Below, piece after piece: positions 18,753 through 28,209 of a DNA stretch of 63,569 bases (position 1 is the first letter of the stretch; the number at the start of each line of letters is the position of its first letter). The notes below the pieces were generated by a model. That model saw only the letters and a list, made by a program, of their open reading frames with translations. It was not told the origin of the DNA and searched no databases. Origin of the DNA: Candidatus Aminicenantales bacterium (GTDB lineage: Bacteria; Acidobacteriota; Aminicenantia; Aminicenantales; Saccharicenantaceae); contig JBEKXF010000003.1 of the NCBI GenBank assembly GCA_049512315.1, positions 124,001 to 187,569 on the forward strand, in the 5' to 3' direction. Made by a program: the position numbers and the translations under genes.

Positions 18753-20000
18753 ATGCCGGAAAAAAAGAGCTTTTTCCAGAGACGAAAAAAGACCCTGATC
18801 TTCATGGCGGTCGTCCTCGTCATCCTGGTCGTCGTCGGCCTCAACCTCCGGTCGCAGCGTGAAAAAACCGTGAAGGTGACCGTCGAGAAGGTCAAGAAGC
18901 AGGACCTGACGTCGATCGTCTCGGCCTCGGGCGAGGTCAAGCCCAAGAAAAACGTCAATATCAGCGCCCAGGTCCCCGGCCGGATCATCAAGATCGGCAT
19001 CGAAGAGGGACAGGAGGTCAAGGCGGGGGATTTCCTGCTCAAGCTGGATTCCACCCAGTACGAGGCCAACGCCGACCGTGACCAGAACTTCATCCAGGCC
19101 TCCAAGGCCGACCTGATCCAGTCCGAGGCCCGCCTCCAGAGGGACAAGGGCGCCTACGACAGGCAGAAGAAGCTGTTCGAGGAGCAATTGATCTCCAAGG
19201 ACCAGCTCGAAAGCGTCAAGGCCCAGTACGACGTGTCCGAGGCCCAGGTCAACGCCATCCGTTTCCAGATCAAGCAGGCCGAGGCCAACCTCAAGAGCAC
19301 CCTGGACAACCTGAACAAGACGGTCTTCAACGCGCCGATCAACGGGATGATCACCAGCCTCAAGGTCGAGGAGGGCGAGACCGCCATCATCGGGACCATG
19401 AACAACCCCGGGACGGTCCTGATGAACATCGCCGACCTGTCGATCATGGAGGTCGAGGTCCAGGTGGACGAAACCGACGTCGTCGGGGTCAGGCTCGGCC
19501 AGGAAGCCAATATCCGGGTCGACGCCTTCCCCGAAACGGTATTCAAGGGGAAGGTGACGGAGATCGGCAGCTCCGCCCTGCAGAAGGTGACCGGCGGCAC
19601 GACAACCCAGGAAGCCAAAGATTTCAAGGTCGTCGTTACTCTGGAGAACCCTTCCCAGAAGCTCAAGCCGGGCCTTTCGGCCTCCGCGGACATCATCACG
19701 GCCCATAAAAAGGGCGTCCTGGCCGTCCCGATATCGTCCCTCGTCCTCCGGGACAGGCCGGCCGCGGCCGGCGACAAGCCCGATGCCAAGAAAGAAGAAG
19801 AGGGTGTCTACACCGTCGACAACGCCCGGGTCAAGTTCCAGACCGTCGAAAAAGGGATCAGCGGGGGCATGAACATCGAGATCACCGCGGGCCTCAAGGA
19901 AAACCAGGAGATCGTCTCGGGGCCTTATGCTTCCCTGCGCGAGCTCAAGGACGGGGCGATGATCAAGACCGAGCCGAAGAAGGAAATCAAGCCCACATGA
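18753..20000 (+). CDS. Periplasmic adaptor / membrane fusion protein (MacA/YknX-like)
   Basis: N-terminal TM; lipoyl halves ([27 protein letters not shown]...VEEGE); alpha-hairpin; VDETD; LKPG. Confidence 0.92.
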   Translation: MPEKKSFFQRRKKTLIFMAVVLVILVVVGLNLRSQREKTVKVTVEKVKKQDLTSIVSASGEVKPKKNVNISAQVPGRIIKIGIEEGQEVKAGDFLLKLDSTQYEANADRDQNFIQASKADLIQSEARLQRDKGAYDRQKKLFEEQLISKDQLESVKAQYDVSEAQVNAIRFQIKQAEANLKSTLDNLNKTVFNAPINGMITSLKVEEGETAIIGTMNNPGTVLMNIADLSIMEVEVQVDETDVVGVRLGQEANIRVDAFPETVFKGKVTEIGSSALQKVTGGTTTQEAKDFKVVVTLENPSQKLKPGLSASADIITAHKKGVLAVPISSLVLRDRPAAAGDKPDAKKEEEGVYTVDNARVKFQTVEKGISGGMNIEITAGLKENQEIVSGPYASLRELKDGAMIKTEPKKEIKPT

Positions 20001-20698
20001 GCCAGCCGGATTCCGCCCTCATCTTCGTCGAAGACCTCTGGAAGATCTATCAGCTTGACGAGCAGGAGGTCGAAGCCCTCCGGGGTGTTTCCTTCACCAT
20101 CGAGCGCAACGAGTTCGTGGCCATCATGGGGCCGTCCGGCTCCGGGAAGTCCACATTGATGAACCTCCTGGGCTGCCTGGACACGCCCACCCGGGGGACA
20201 TACGAGCTCAACGGCAAGCTGGTCAGCTCCATGTCCGAGGACGAGCTCGCCCACATCCGGAACCGGGAGATCGGCTTCGTCTTCCAGGTGTTCAACCTCC
20301 TGCCGCGGGCCTCGGCGTTCCGGAATGTCGAGCTCCCCCTCATCTACAGCGGCGTCAAGAAGAACGTGCGGGAGGAGAAGGCCCGGCACGCGCTGGAAAT
20401 GGTCGAGATGAAAGCCCGGATGAGCCACAAGCCCGCCGAGCTCTCGGGCGGGGAGCGGCAGCGGGTGGCCATCGCCCGGGCTCTCGTCAACGAGCCGTCC
20501 CTCCTCCTCGCCGACGAACCCACGGGAAACCTGGACAGCCGGACGGGGCGGGAGATCCTCAACCTATTCCACAAGATCCATGGCCAGGGGAATACGATCA
20601 TCATGGTCACCCACGACCAGGAGGTCGCCAACCAGGCCCAGCGGATCATCCACATCCGGGATGGAGAGATCGAGAAAGACGAACGGAAAGGAGCCTAG
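19997..20698 (+). CDS. ABC transporter ATP-binding protein (MacB/LolD/YknY-like)
   Basis: [49 protein letters not shown]. Confidence 0.96.
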   Translation: MSQPDSALIFVEDLWKIYQLDEQEVEALRGVSFTIERNEFVAIMGPSGSGKSTLMNLLGCLDTPTRGTYELNGKLVSSMSEDELAHIRNREIGFVFQVFNLLPRASAFRNVELPLIYSGVKKNVREEKARHALEMVEMKARMSHKPAELSGGERQRVAIARALVNEPSLLLADEPTGNLDSRTGREILNLFHKIHGQGNTIIMVTHDQEVANQAQRIIHIRDGEIEKDERKGA

Positions 20699-20701
20699 CC
20701 G

Positions 20702-21409
20702 ATGAATCTCCTCAAACGTCTTGAAGGGGTCTTTTCGAGTCCCAAGCAGACGTTCACGGCCCTCGCCGAAAAGCCCGTCTGGGTCGACGTGCTCATCATC
20801 CTCCTCATCGCCCTGGCCGTTTATTCCCTGATCATCAGCCCTTACGCCAAGCACGATCAGGCCCAGATGATCAAGGAGAGCGTCAAGCTCAAGGAGAGGA
20901 TGGGCGAAGAGCGGTTCAACCAATACGTCCAGAACATGGAAGGGCCCGTGACCACCTGGGGGGTCATCCAGACGGCCGGCGGCGCTCCGGCGATGTTCAT
21001 CATCGCCATGTTGCTTCAAGGCCTGTTTCTCATGATCCTGGGCCGTTTCGCCTCGACGCAGGGGACCTTCAAGCAGCTTTTTTCGTCGCTCGTCCACGCG
21101 AATCTGATCTATGCCCTGCTGGGCAACGGCGTTCGCCTGATCCTGACCTTAACCCGGAAGTCCGCCATGCAGGTTTCGACCGGGCTGGCCATCTTTTTCC
21201 CGAAAATGGAGATCACCTCGACCCCCTATATCGTCCTGAGCCAGTTCGACTTTTTCCAGATCTGGGTATTCGGCGTCCTGGCGTTCGGGCTCGGGGCCAT
21301 CTTCAAGATCAACATCAAGAAGGCCCTCTTCATCTCCTATACCGTCTGGCTCCTGAAGGCCCTGTTCAACATCGGCTTCGCCCTCTTCGGGCTGAGCTTC
21401 GTCAGGTAA
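20702..21409 (+). CDS. Yip1-domain membrane protein (YknW-like)
   Basis: GVFSSPKQTF..L..KP.W N-terminus; about five TM helices; operonic with the MFP and ATPase. Confidence 0.8.
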   Translation: MNLLKRLEGVFSSPKQTFTALAEKPVWVDVLIILLIALAVYSLIISPYAKHDQAQMIKESVKLKERMGEERFNQYVQNMEGPVTTWGVIQTAGGAPAMFIIAMLLQGLFLMILGRFASTQGTFKQLFSSLVHANLIYALLGNGVRLILTLTRKSAMQVSTGLAIFFPKMEITSTPYIVLSQFDFFQIWVFGVLAFGLGAIFKINIKKALFISYTVWLLKALFNIGFALFGLSFVR

Positions 21410-21424
21410 GAATCAAGCTAAGAT

Positions 21425-21500
21425 GGACAGCCCCGTCCGAGGGGACGTTCCCTCTTCATTCTTTAAGAAAAGTGAGATGGGGACGCACCGTGACAGGACC
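21425..21500. repeat. Composite REP-like intergenic element
   Basis: 21425-21447 matches 591-613 at 21/23 nt; 21479-21500 is an exact 22-nt reverse complement of 34511-34532. Confidence 0.65.
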
Positions 21501-21553
21501 CGTTAAGCCTTCATCATAGTCGGATTGACTTATCTCGGCGCGCCTTATAAATT

Positions 21554-22663
21554 ATGTCCATGGATGAAGCTCTCCGTCACGGGAACCTCTCGAAGACCCC
21601 ATTCTTCAGCGTCCTGGCCGGGATCTGGCGGGAGGAGCTCTCGGGGACGCTCACCGTCCCCGGTGTCGGCGGGCCGAAGAGCTTCGTTTTCGAGAACGGA
21701 CAGCTTCTCATCGACCGCGCCTCGCTCGCAGAGAAAGACTTCTTGAAAGCCCTCCTGACCTCGGGAGCGACGGACCTGATCAGTCTGGCGCAGTCCGAGG
21801 AATACGCCGAGCGGAACGGGGTCTCCATCGTCCGCGCCCTCCTCGAGATCCCTCTGGTCGAGCCCGCGCGCCTCTGGGCGCTCCTCGAAGGTTTCGTCAA
21901 AGAGGAGGTCTATTCCCTCTTCGACCGGGAGGAGGGAGAATTCGAGTTCGGGCCCCTGGGAACGGCGCGGGGGCCGGCCCTGATCAGCCTTTTTGTTCCC
22001 AACCTCATTCTGGAGGGGGCCCGGCGGATGACGAACGACAGCGTTATCGCGCGCCTGCTGCCGCCCGAGGGCGAGACCATCCAGAGCCTCGAGCCGTATT
22101 TCCTCGATCTCCTGGACCTCCTCCCGCATGAGAAGTATTTCCTCGGCCTCCTCGAGTCGCCCAGGACGCTCGCGGAAATCGACGGGTCGAGCGATTTGGG
22201 AAAGAGAGAAAGTCGGAGGACCCTGTCCGTCTTTCTCTGTCTGGGGCTGGCGGGGACGCGGCCGGCCCGGCCCAAGACCGGCAGGCTTCCGGCCGAGATG
22301 TCCCTGGCTGATATGGACAAGGTCTTCGGCATTTTCAACGCCAAATGCTCATACATCTTCAGATATATTTCCAAGGAGATCGGTCCGGTGGCTCTCAGCG
22401 TCATCGGGAACTCCCTGGAAGACGTCCGGAGCCGGCTGGACCCGGCTTTCCAGGGCCTCGAGCTCAAGGCGGACGGCCGCATCGAACTCACATCGCTCCT
22501 GAAAACGAGCATGAACCTCATCGGCGACGAGAACAGGCGGGGGCTCCTCCGGAGCATGGACGAGATCCTCGTCGCCGAGGTCCTGGCCGTCAAGCGGACC
22601 CTGGGCTCCGGCCACGAATCGGCCCTGGTCAGGAGCCTGGAGAGGATCGGAGAGACATCCTGA
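21554..22663 (+). CDS. DUF4388 (PATAN-like) domain protein
   Basis: HGNLSKTPFFSVL...SGTLTV...KSFVFENGQL...LFDREEGEFEF...NLILEGARR. Confidence 0.75.
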   Translation: MSMDEALRHGNLSKTPFFSVLAGIWREELSGTLTVPGVGGPKSFVFENGQLLIDRASLAEKDFLKALLTSGATDLISLAQSEEYAERNGVSIVRALLEIPLVEPARLWALLEGFVKEEVYSLFDREEGEFEFGPLGTARGPALISLFVPNLILEGARRMTNDSVIARLLPPEGETIQSLEPYFLDLLDLLPHEKYFLGLLESPRTLAEIDGSSDLGKRESRRTLSVFLCLGLAGTRPARPKTGRLPAEMSLADMDKVFGIFNAKCSYIFRYISKEIGPVALSVIGNSLEDVRSRLDPAFQGLELKADGRIELTSLLKTSMNLIGDENRRGLLRSMDEILVAEVLAVKRTLGSGHESALVRSLERIGETS

Positions 22664-22729
22664 AGAGAAAGCAGCTCCTGGCCGTCCTCGTCCTGGCCAC
22701 ACTCCTCGGCCTCTGGCTTCTGATCAAAA

Positions 22730-23653
22730 TTGGAACCTGAAACCCGGAACTTGGTCATCATCCTCGGCCCCACGGGAGTGGGCAAGAGCCGGACCGCCGT
22801 CGACCTAGCGCTAAGATTCAAGGGGGAGATCATCAGCGGGGATTCCATCCAGGTCTACAGGGGTTTCGATATCGGGACGGACAAACCGTCGGCCGAGGAC
22901 CGGAGGGGTGTTCCGCATTACCTGATCGACACGGTGGAGCCCGGCGTCCAGTTCACGGCTGCGGATTTCGTCCGGGAGGCGCTCCGGGCGGCCGGGGACA
23001 TCACCGGCCGCGGGCGAATTCCATTCGTTGTCGGAGGCACGGGCCTCTATCTCAAGGCCCTCGTCGACGGGCTTTTTTCTGGTCCGGGCCGGGATCCAGC
23101 GCTCCGGGCGGAGCTCGAGGCGGAAGCCCGGGAAAAGGGCCTCGAGGTCCTTTTCCGGAAGCTCGAGGAGGTCGACCTCGCCTACGCCCGGAAAATCCGG
23201 AGCCGGGACCGCATCCGGATCATCCGGGCCCTGGAAGTCTATCGCATCACGGGCCGTCCTTTCTCCAGCCATTTCCCGGAGACGCGGTCCCCGATCGCGG
23301 GCTTCAACGTCCTCAAGATCGGTCTTGGGCTCGAAAGGGAGTCCCTCTTCCGGCGCATCGAAGACCGGGTCGAGCGGATGTTCGCGCGCGGCCTCGTCGA
23401 CGAGGTCCGGGGGCTTCTCCGGGACGGCATCGGCCGGGACGCACCTCCGTTCCGGGCCCTCGGGTACCGGCACGTCCTCAAGTACCTCGGCGGCGAAATC
23501 TCCCTTGAGGAAGCCAAGGCTCTGACCAAGCTTGATACCCGCCATTACGCGAAGAGGCAGGAGACTTGGTTCAGGAAGATGGCCGGGGTTGTCTGGTTTT
23601 CGCCTGATGTCGGCCGGGGGCTTGAGCAATATCTCCAAAAACAATTAAAATAG
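22730..23653 (+). CDS. miaA: tRNA dimethylallyltransferase MiaA
   Basis: GPTGVGKS, DSIQVYRGFDIGTDKP, VGGTGLY, RIIRALEV, TRHYAKRQ.TWF. Confidence 0.97.
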   Translation: MEPETRNLVIILGPTGVGKSRTAVDLALRFKGEIISGDSIQVYRGFDIGTDKPSAEDRRGVPHYLIDTVEPGVQFTAADFVREALRAAGDITGRGRIPFVVGGTGLYLKALVDGLFSGPGRDPALRAELEAEAREKGLEVLFRKLEEVDLAYARKIRSRDRIRIIRALEVYRITGRPFSSHFPETRSPIAGFNVLKIGLGLERESLFRRIEDRVERMFARGLVDEVRGLLRDGIGRDAPPFRALGYRHVLKYLGGEISLEEAKALTKLDTRHYAKRQETWFRKMAGVVWFSPDVGRGLEQYLQKQLK

Positions 23654-23658
23654 GGACG

Positions 23659-24924
23659 ATGGAAAAAGCGCTCCTCATCAACGTCGCCACCACCAGGAAG
23701 GAAAGGGATGAAGCGGAGGAGTCCATGCGGGAGCTCGCCGGTCTGGCCGCGGCCGCCGGCGCCGAGGTCGCCCGCGAGGTGTTCCAGGCCCGGCCCCGGG
23801 TCAGCCCGCGCTATTTCGTCGGCGAGGGGAAGGCGACGGAGATCGCCCGGCTGCGGAGCGAGATGGGGGCCGACCTCGTCATCTTCGACCACAATCTGAC
23901 CGCCACCCAGCAGCGCAACCTAGAGGACAGGATTAAGGCGAAAGTCATCGACCGAACGCAGCTCATCCTGGACATCTTCGCCCAGAGGGCGCGGACCAAC
24001 GAAGGGAAGCTCCAGGTGGAGCTGGCCCAGCTCAGCTATCTCCTCCCCCGCTTGAGAGGGCGGGGGCTCAGCCTGACCCAGCAGGGCGCCGGCATCGGGA
24101 CCCGCGGCCCGGGCGAAAAGAAGCTCGAAGAAGACCGGAGGCGGATCACCGACCGGATCACGAAGATCAAGAAGGACATCTCAGGCCTCGAAAAGAGGCG
24201 GTTGAACCAGCGGGAGAGCCGCCGCAAGAGCCCGGTTCCAACCGTCTCCCTGGTCGGCTACACGAGCGCCGGGAAATCCACCCTGTTCAACCTCCTGACC
24301 GAAGAGCGGCGATACACCTCCCCCAACCTCTTCTCGACGCTGGACCCCCTCCTCCGGCGGGTTTCCTATGCGGACGGCCTTCACTTCTTTCTGTCCGACA
24401 CCGTCGGGTTCATCAAGAAACTTCCCGTTGAGTTGGTGATGTCGTTCCGGGCGACCCTGGAGGAGGTCCGGGAGGGGGACTGCGTCTGCCACATCATCGA
24501 TCTGGCTTCGCCGGATTCCGAGAGCCATCTCGGCGCCGTGGAATCGATCCTGAAGGACATCGGGGCGGCCGGCCTGCCCGTCGTCAGGGTCCTCAACAAG
24601 ATCGACTTCCTGCCTGACGAGGAGCGGGACCTCCTGCTCAAGCGGAACGGGGACGCGAATTCCCGGACGGTGGCGATCTCGGCAAAAACCGGGCAGGGGG
24701 TCGAGGAGCTCCTCCAAAAGCTCCGGAGTGTGCTTTTTCGCGACCACCGTCTCTACTACCTCCAGATCCCGAAAGATCGGCCGGAGATCACCCATTCCCT
24801 CCCGCGCCGGGCCCTGATCCTGAAAAAAAGGGAGAACGAGCGGTTCCTGGAATTCAAGGTCATGGCCGACCCGGCGGTCATCGTCAATTTCCTGCCTTAT
24901 CTCGAACAAGGAGACCCCTGGTGA
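23659..24924 (+). CDS. hflX: Ribosome-splitting GTPase HflX
   Basis: ILDIFAQRA.T.EGKLQVELAQL.Y.LPRL, RGPGE, GYTSAGKST, DTVGF, NKID. Confidence 0.97.
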   Translation: MEKALLINVATTRKERDEAEESMRELAGLAAAAGAEVAREVFQARPRVSPRYFVGEGKATEIARLRSEMGADLVIFDHNLTATQQRNLEDRIKAKVIDRTQLILDIFAQRARTNEGKLQVELAQLSYLLPRLRGRGLSLTQQGAGIGTRGPGEKKLEEDRRRITDRITKIKKDISGLEKRRLNQRESRRKSPVPTVSLVGYTSAGKSTLFNLLTEERRYTSPNLFSTLDPLLRRVSYADGLHFFLSDTVGFIKKLPVELVMSFRATLEEVREGDCVCHIIDLASPDSESHLGAVESILKDIGAAGLPVVRVLNKIDFLPDEERDLLLKRNGDANSRTVAISAKTGQGVEELLQKLRSVLFRDHRLYYLQIPKDRPEITHSLPRRALILKKRENERFLEFKVMADPAVIVNFLPYLEQGDPW

Positions 24925-26240
24925 AAAAAGCCATCTTCGCCGCCGCCGTTTTGCTCGGGACATGGGCCTGCATCACGTTCACACCCGCTCCCCCCTCGTT
25001 TGACATCGAGGACATCCCGCAGGCCGTGTCCACTCGGCTGACCCTGGACCAGCGGATCGCCGCCGACCAGGCCTGGACGGACTTGAAGGCGGGGAGGGTC
25101 GACCAGGCCCGCAAAGAGCTCCTCAAGCTCGGCGAGGATAACCCCCTTTACGCCGCGGGACTGGGCTATGCGGACCTCTATCTCGCGGACCGGGACGGGG
25201 CCGAGGCAAGCTTCAAGGAATCCCTCCGGCGTTTCCCGGACCTAACCTTGGCCAACGCCGGCCTGGCCCAGGTCTACGAGGCCCGAGGCCAAAAGGACCT
25301 CGCGCTCTCCCAATACCGGGAGATCCTCAAGCACGACCCCGAGAACCGCTGGGCCAGGCCCCGCTTCAACAAGCTCCGGGACGATCTCGTCGAGCGGTCG
25401 TTGGCCGACGCCCGGGGGGCCGCGGCCGCCGGGAGCCGGGAGGAGGCAAAGAAGGCCTTCTTGAAGGTCCTCTCCTACGCCCCCGAATCGGCCGAGGCGA
25501 ACCTAGAGCTGGCCCGGACCTACCGAAACGAGAAAAATACTGGCCAGGCGATCGTCCACTACAAGGCGGCCGTCGCCGCCCAGCCGGCGAACAAGGCCGT
25601 CCTCCGGGAGCTCGCCGACCTCCTCTATGAGACGGGGGAGTTCGGGCAGAGCCTGGATCACAACGAGAAACTGGCCGATCTCGATCCTCAGAACAAGGCC
25701 GTCGCCGACCGGATCGAGGAGCTCAAGGGGAAACTCGGCGTCTTCGAGCTCCCCAGTCAGTACGGCCTCATCCCGGCCCAGGAAGCCGTCACCCGGGAGG
25801 ACCTGGCCGCCCTGATCGCGGTCAAGTTCAAGGACTTCCTGAACGTCCCCGAACGGCAAACCCAGATTCTCGTGGACATCTCCACCTCGTGGGCCCAGAA
25901 GTTCATCATCAAGGTCGCCTCCCTGAGCGTGATGAACGTCTTCGACAACCATACCTTCCAACCCCGGAGGATCATCAACCGGGCCGAACTGGCGGACTCG
26001 GTCATCCGGCTCATCGATTTTCTGAAGGAGCGGGGCTCGAGGTTCGTTCCCCTCCTGGACGTCCGGAAGATCCAGATCCCCGACGTCTCGCCGGACAGCT
26101 TCTACTACCAGCCCATCCTCAAGGCCGTCGCCTACCAGGTCATGGACCTCACGCCACAGAGGATGTTCGAGCCCGAAAAGACCGTCCCGGGGCGCGACGC
26201 CGCCAGGGTCCTGGACATCGTGCAGGGGCTCGCCAGATGA
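24921..26240 (+). CDS. Putative lipoprotein with TPR repeats and C-terminal SLH-like domains
   Basis: Signal peptide ending LLGTWA-C; TPRs; TREDLA, DISTSWAQKFI...FQPRRIINRAELA, DVSPDSFYY..I...FEPEKTV SLH-type repeats. Confidence 0.75.
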   Translation: MKKAIFAAAVLLGTWACITFTPAPPSFDIEDIPQAVSTRLTLDQRIAADQAWTDLKAGRVDQARKELLKLGEDNPLYAAGLGYADLYLADRDGAEASFKESLRRFPDLTLANAGLAQVYEARGQKDLALSQYREILKHDPENRWARPRFNKLRDDLVERSLADARGAAAAGSREEAKKAFLKVLSYAPESAEANLELARTYRNEKNTGQAIVHYKAAVAAQPANKAVLRELADLLYETGEFGQSLDHNEKLADLDPQNKAVADRIEELKGKLGVFELPSQYGLIPAQEAVTREDLAALIAVKFKDFLNVPERQTQILVDISTSWAQKFIIKVASLSVMNVFDNHTFQPRRIINRAELADSVIRLIDFLKERGSRFVPLLDVRKIQIPDVSPDSFYYQPILKAVAYQVMDLTPQRMFEPEKTVPGRDAARVLDIVQGLAR

Positions 26241-26287
26241 ATGCTGGTGCGGAAAAGACGGGCCTCGCGGCAAGGCGGGAGGACATC

Positions 26288-26881
26288 GTGACGAACGGAG
26301 ACCGCAGCTCCAAGGTCCTGACGCTGCCGAACATCCTCTCGCTCATGCGGATCCTCCTCACGCCCGTCTTTATCTGGGCGCTCGTCCACCGCAGGCCCTG
26401 GCTGGCTTTCGGCATCTTTCTCCTGGCCGGCGCGACGGACGCCCTGGACGGCTTCACGGCCCGATACTTCCGGCTCAAGACGAACGTCGGCCTTTGGCTC
26501 GACCCGCTGGGAGACAAGATCCTGCTCACGGCCGCGCTTGTCACCCTGACCCTCCCGGTTCTCGCCCAGCCGAACACCCTGCCCTTGTGGTTGACGACGA
26601 TCTGCATCGGCCGGGACGTCCTGATAGCCCTGGGGGCGCTCATCTACGTCTGGATCAGGGGGAGAACCCAGTTCAGACCGTCGCTTCTCGGCAAAGCGAC
26701 CACGATCTGCGAGGTCATGGTCCTCCTCGTTGTCCTCCTGTACAACGGCCTCGGAATATCCCCAGGACCCATGGGTGTTATCTACGTCCTGACGGCCACA
26801 CTCGCGGGCCTGTCCGGGGTCCATTACATCATCCTCGGGATGGCCAGGTTTTTCGCGACGGGGAAGAAGCCCGGAGTTTGA
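26288..26881 (+). CDS. CDP-alcohol phosphatidyltransferase (PgsA-like)
   Basis: TLPNILSLMRI; TDALDGFTAR...G.WLDPLGDK signature. GTG 26288 follows GGAGG; alternative ATG at 26237. Confidence 0.9.
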   Translation: MTNGDRSSKVLTLPNILSLMRILLTPVFIWALVHRRPWLAFGIFLLAGATDALDGFTARYFRLKTNVGLWLDPLGDKILLTAALVTLTLPVLAQPNTLPLWLTTICIGRDVLIALGALIYVWIRGRTQFRPSLLGKATTICEVMVLLVVLLYNGLGISPGPMGVIYVLTATLAGLSGVHYIILGMARFFATGKKPGV

Positions 26882-26964
26882 GCCCGGGCCGCCGTCCGGT
26901 CCCTTGCTTTTTTCCGGGGCCGTGCTAATATCTCCTCCGCACCTTGGATGACAGGAGTGACCTC

Positions 26965-28203
26965 ATGGCAAACGCTACGACCTATGACAAGCTGGCCCGG
27001 AGGATCGAGAATTTCCGCGACGAGATGGTCGACCTCCAGGTCCGCCTCACCGCCATCCCGGCCGTCGCCCCCGGAAGCGGCGGGGAGGGCGAGGCCCAGA
27101 AAGCCGATTTCCTGGCGGGCTGGCTGAAGCAGAACGGCTTTAAGGACGTCACCCTGATCAAGGCCCCGGACCTCGACGCCCCGGCTGGCTACCGGCCCAA
27201 CATCCTGGCCTCTGTCAAGGGACAGAGCTCGGCCCGGACGGTTTGGGTCATGACCCATACGGACGTCGTGCCGCCCGGCGAGCTCTCCCTGTGGACCGGC
27301 CACCCCTACAAGGCGTGGGTCGAGAAGGGACGCGTCTACGGCCGCGGCGTCGAGGACAACCAGCAGGACATGGTCGCTTCGCTCTTCGCGGTCAAGGCCT
27401 TCGAGGCCGAGCGGCTCCTCCCCACCTACGACATCGGCATCGCCCTCGTCGCGGACGAGGAGACCGGAAGCTCCAAGGGGATCGGCTACGTCCTCGGGAA
27501 CCACAAGGTGTTCCGCAAGCAGGACCTGATCATCGTCCCGGACGCCGGCAATGAGAACGGAACGATGATCGAAGTCGCCGAAAAGAGTATCCTCTGGCTC
27601 AAGTTCAAGACCTTTGGAAAGCAGGCCCACGGCTCGACGCCCGAAAGGGGGATCAACAGCTTCAAGGCGGCCGGCTTCTTCATTGCGGCCCTGAACCGGC
27701 TGTACGATTTCTTCCCGGAGAAGGAAAGGCTCTTCGCCCCGCCGATCTCGACGTTCGAGCCGACCAAGAAGGAGGCCAACGTCCCGAACATCAACACGAT
27801 CCCCGGCGAGGACGTCTTCTACATGGACTGCCGGATCCTGCCGGAATACAAGGTCGCGGACGTCGAGCGGTGCATCAAGGCCATCGCCGCCGACATCGCC
27901 AAAAAGTTCAGGGTCAGGATCGAGATCGGTATCGAGCAGAAGGCGCCGGCCGCGCCGCCGACACCGGCCCGGGCCCCCGTCGTCCAGGCCCTCCGGAAAG
28001 CCGTTAAGGCGGTTTACCGGAAGGAAGCCAAAGCCATGGGAATCGGCGGCGGGACGGTCGCGGCTCTATTCCGGCGGGCGGGCTTCGACGCGGCCTGCTG
28101 GTCGAAGCTCGACGACACGGCCCACCAGCCAGACGAGTATTGCATCATCGACAACATGGTGGGCGACGCCAAGGTCTTCGCCCACGTCTTCACGCAGGAT
28201 TGA
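26965..28203 (+). CDS. M20 family metallohydrolase (DapE/ArgE-like)
   Basis: HTDVVPPG, GRGVEDN, ADEETGS, GKQAHGS, NTIP, AHQPDEY. Confidence 0.9.
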   Translation: MANATTYDKLARRIENFRDEMVDLQVRLTAIPAVAPGSGGEGEAQKADFLAGWLKQNGFKDVTLIKAPDLDAPAGYRPNILASVKGQSSARTVWVMTHTDVVPPGELSLWTGHPYKAWVEKGRVYGRGVEDNQQDMVASLFAVKAFEAERLLPTYDIGIALVADEETGSSKGIGYVLGNHKVFRKQDLIIVPDAGNENGTMIEVAEKSILWLKFKTFGKQAHGSTPERGINSFKAAGFFIAALNRLYDFFPEKERLFAPPISTFEPTKKEANVPNINTIPGEDVFYMDCRILPEYKVADVERCIKAIAADIAKKFRVRIEIGIEQKAPAAPPTPARAPVVQALRKAVKAVYRKEAKAMGIGGGTVAALFRRAGFDAACWSKLDDTAHQPDEYCIIDNMVGDAKVFAHVFTQD

Positions 28204-28209
28204 GCCCTT

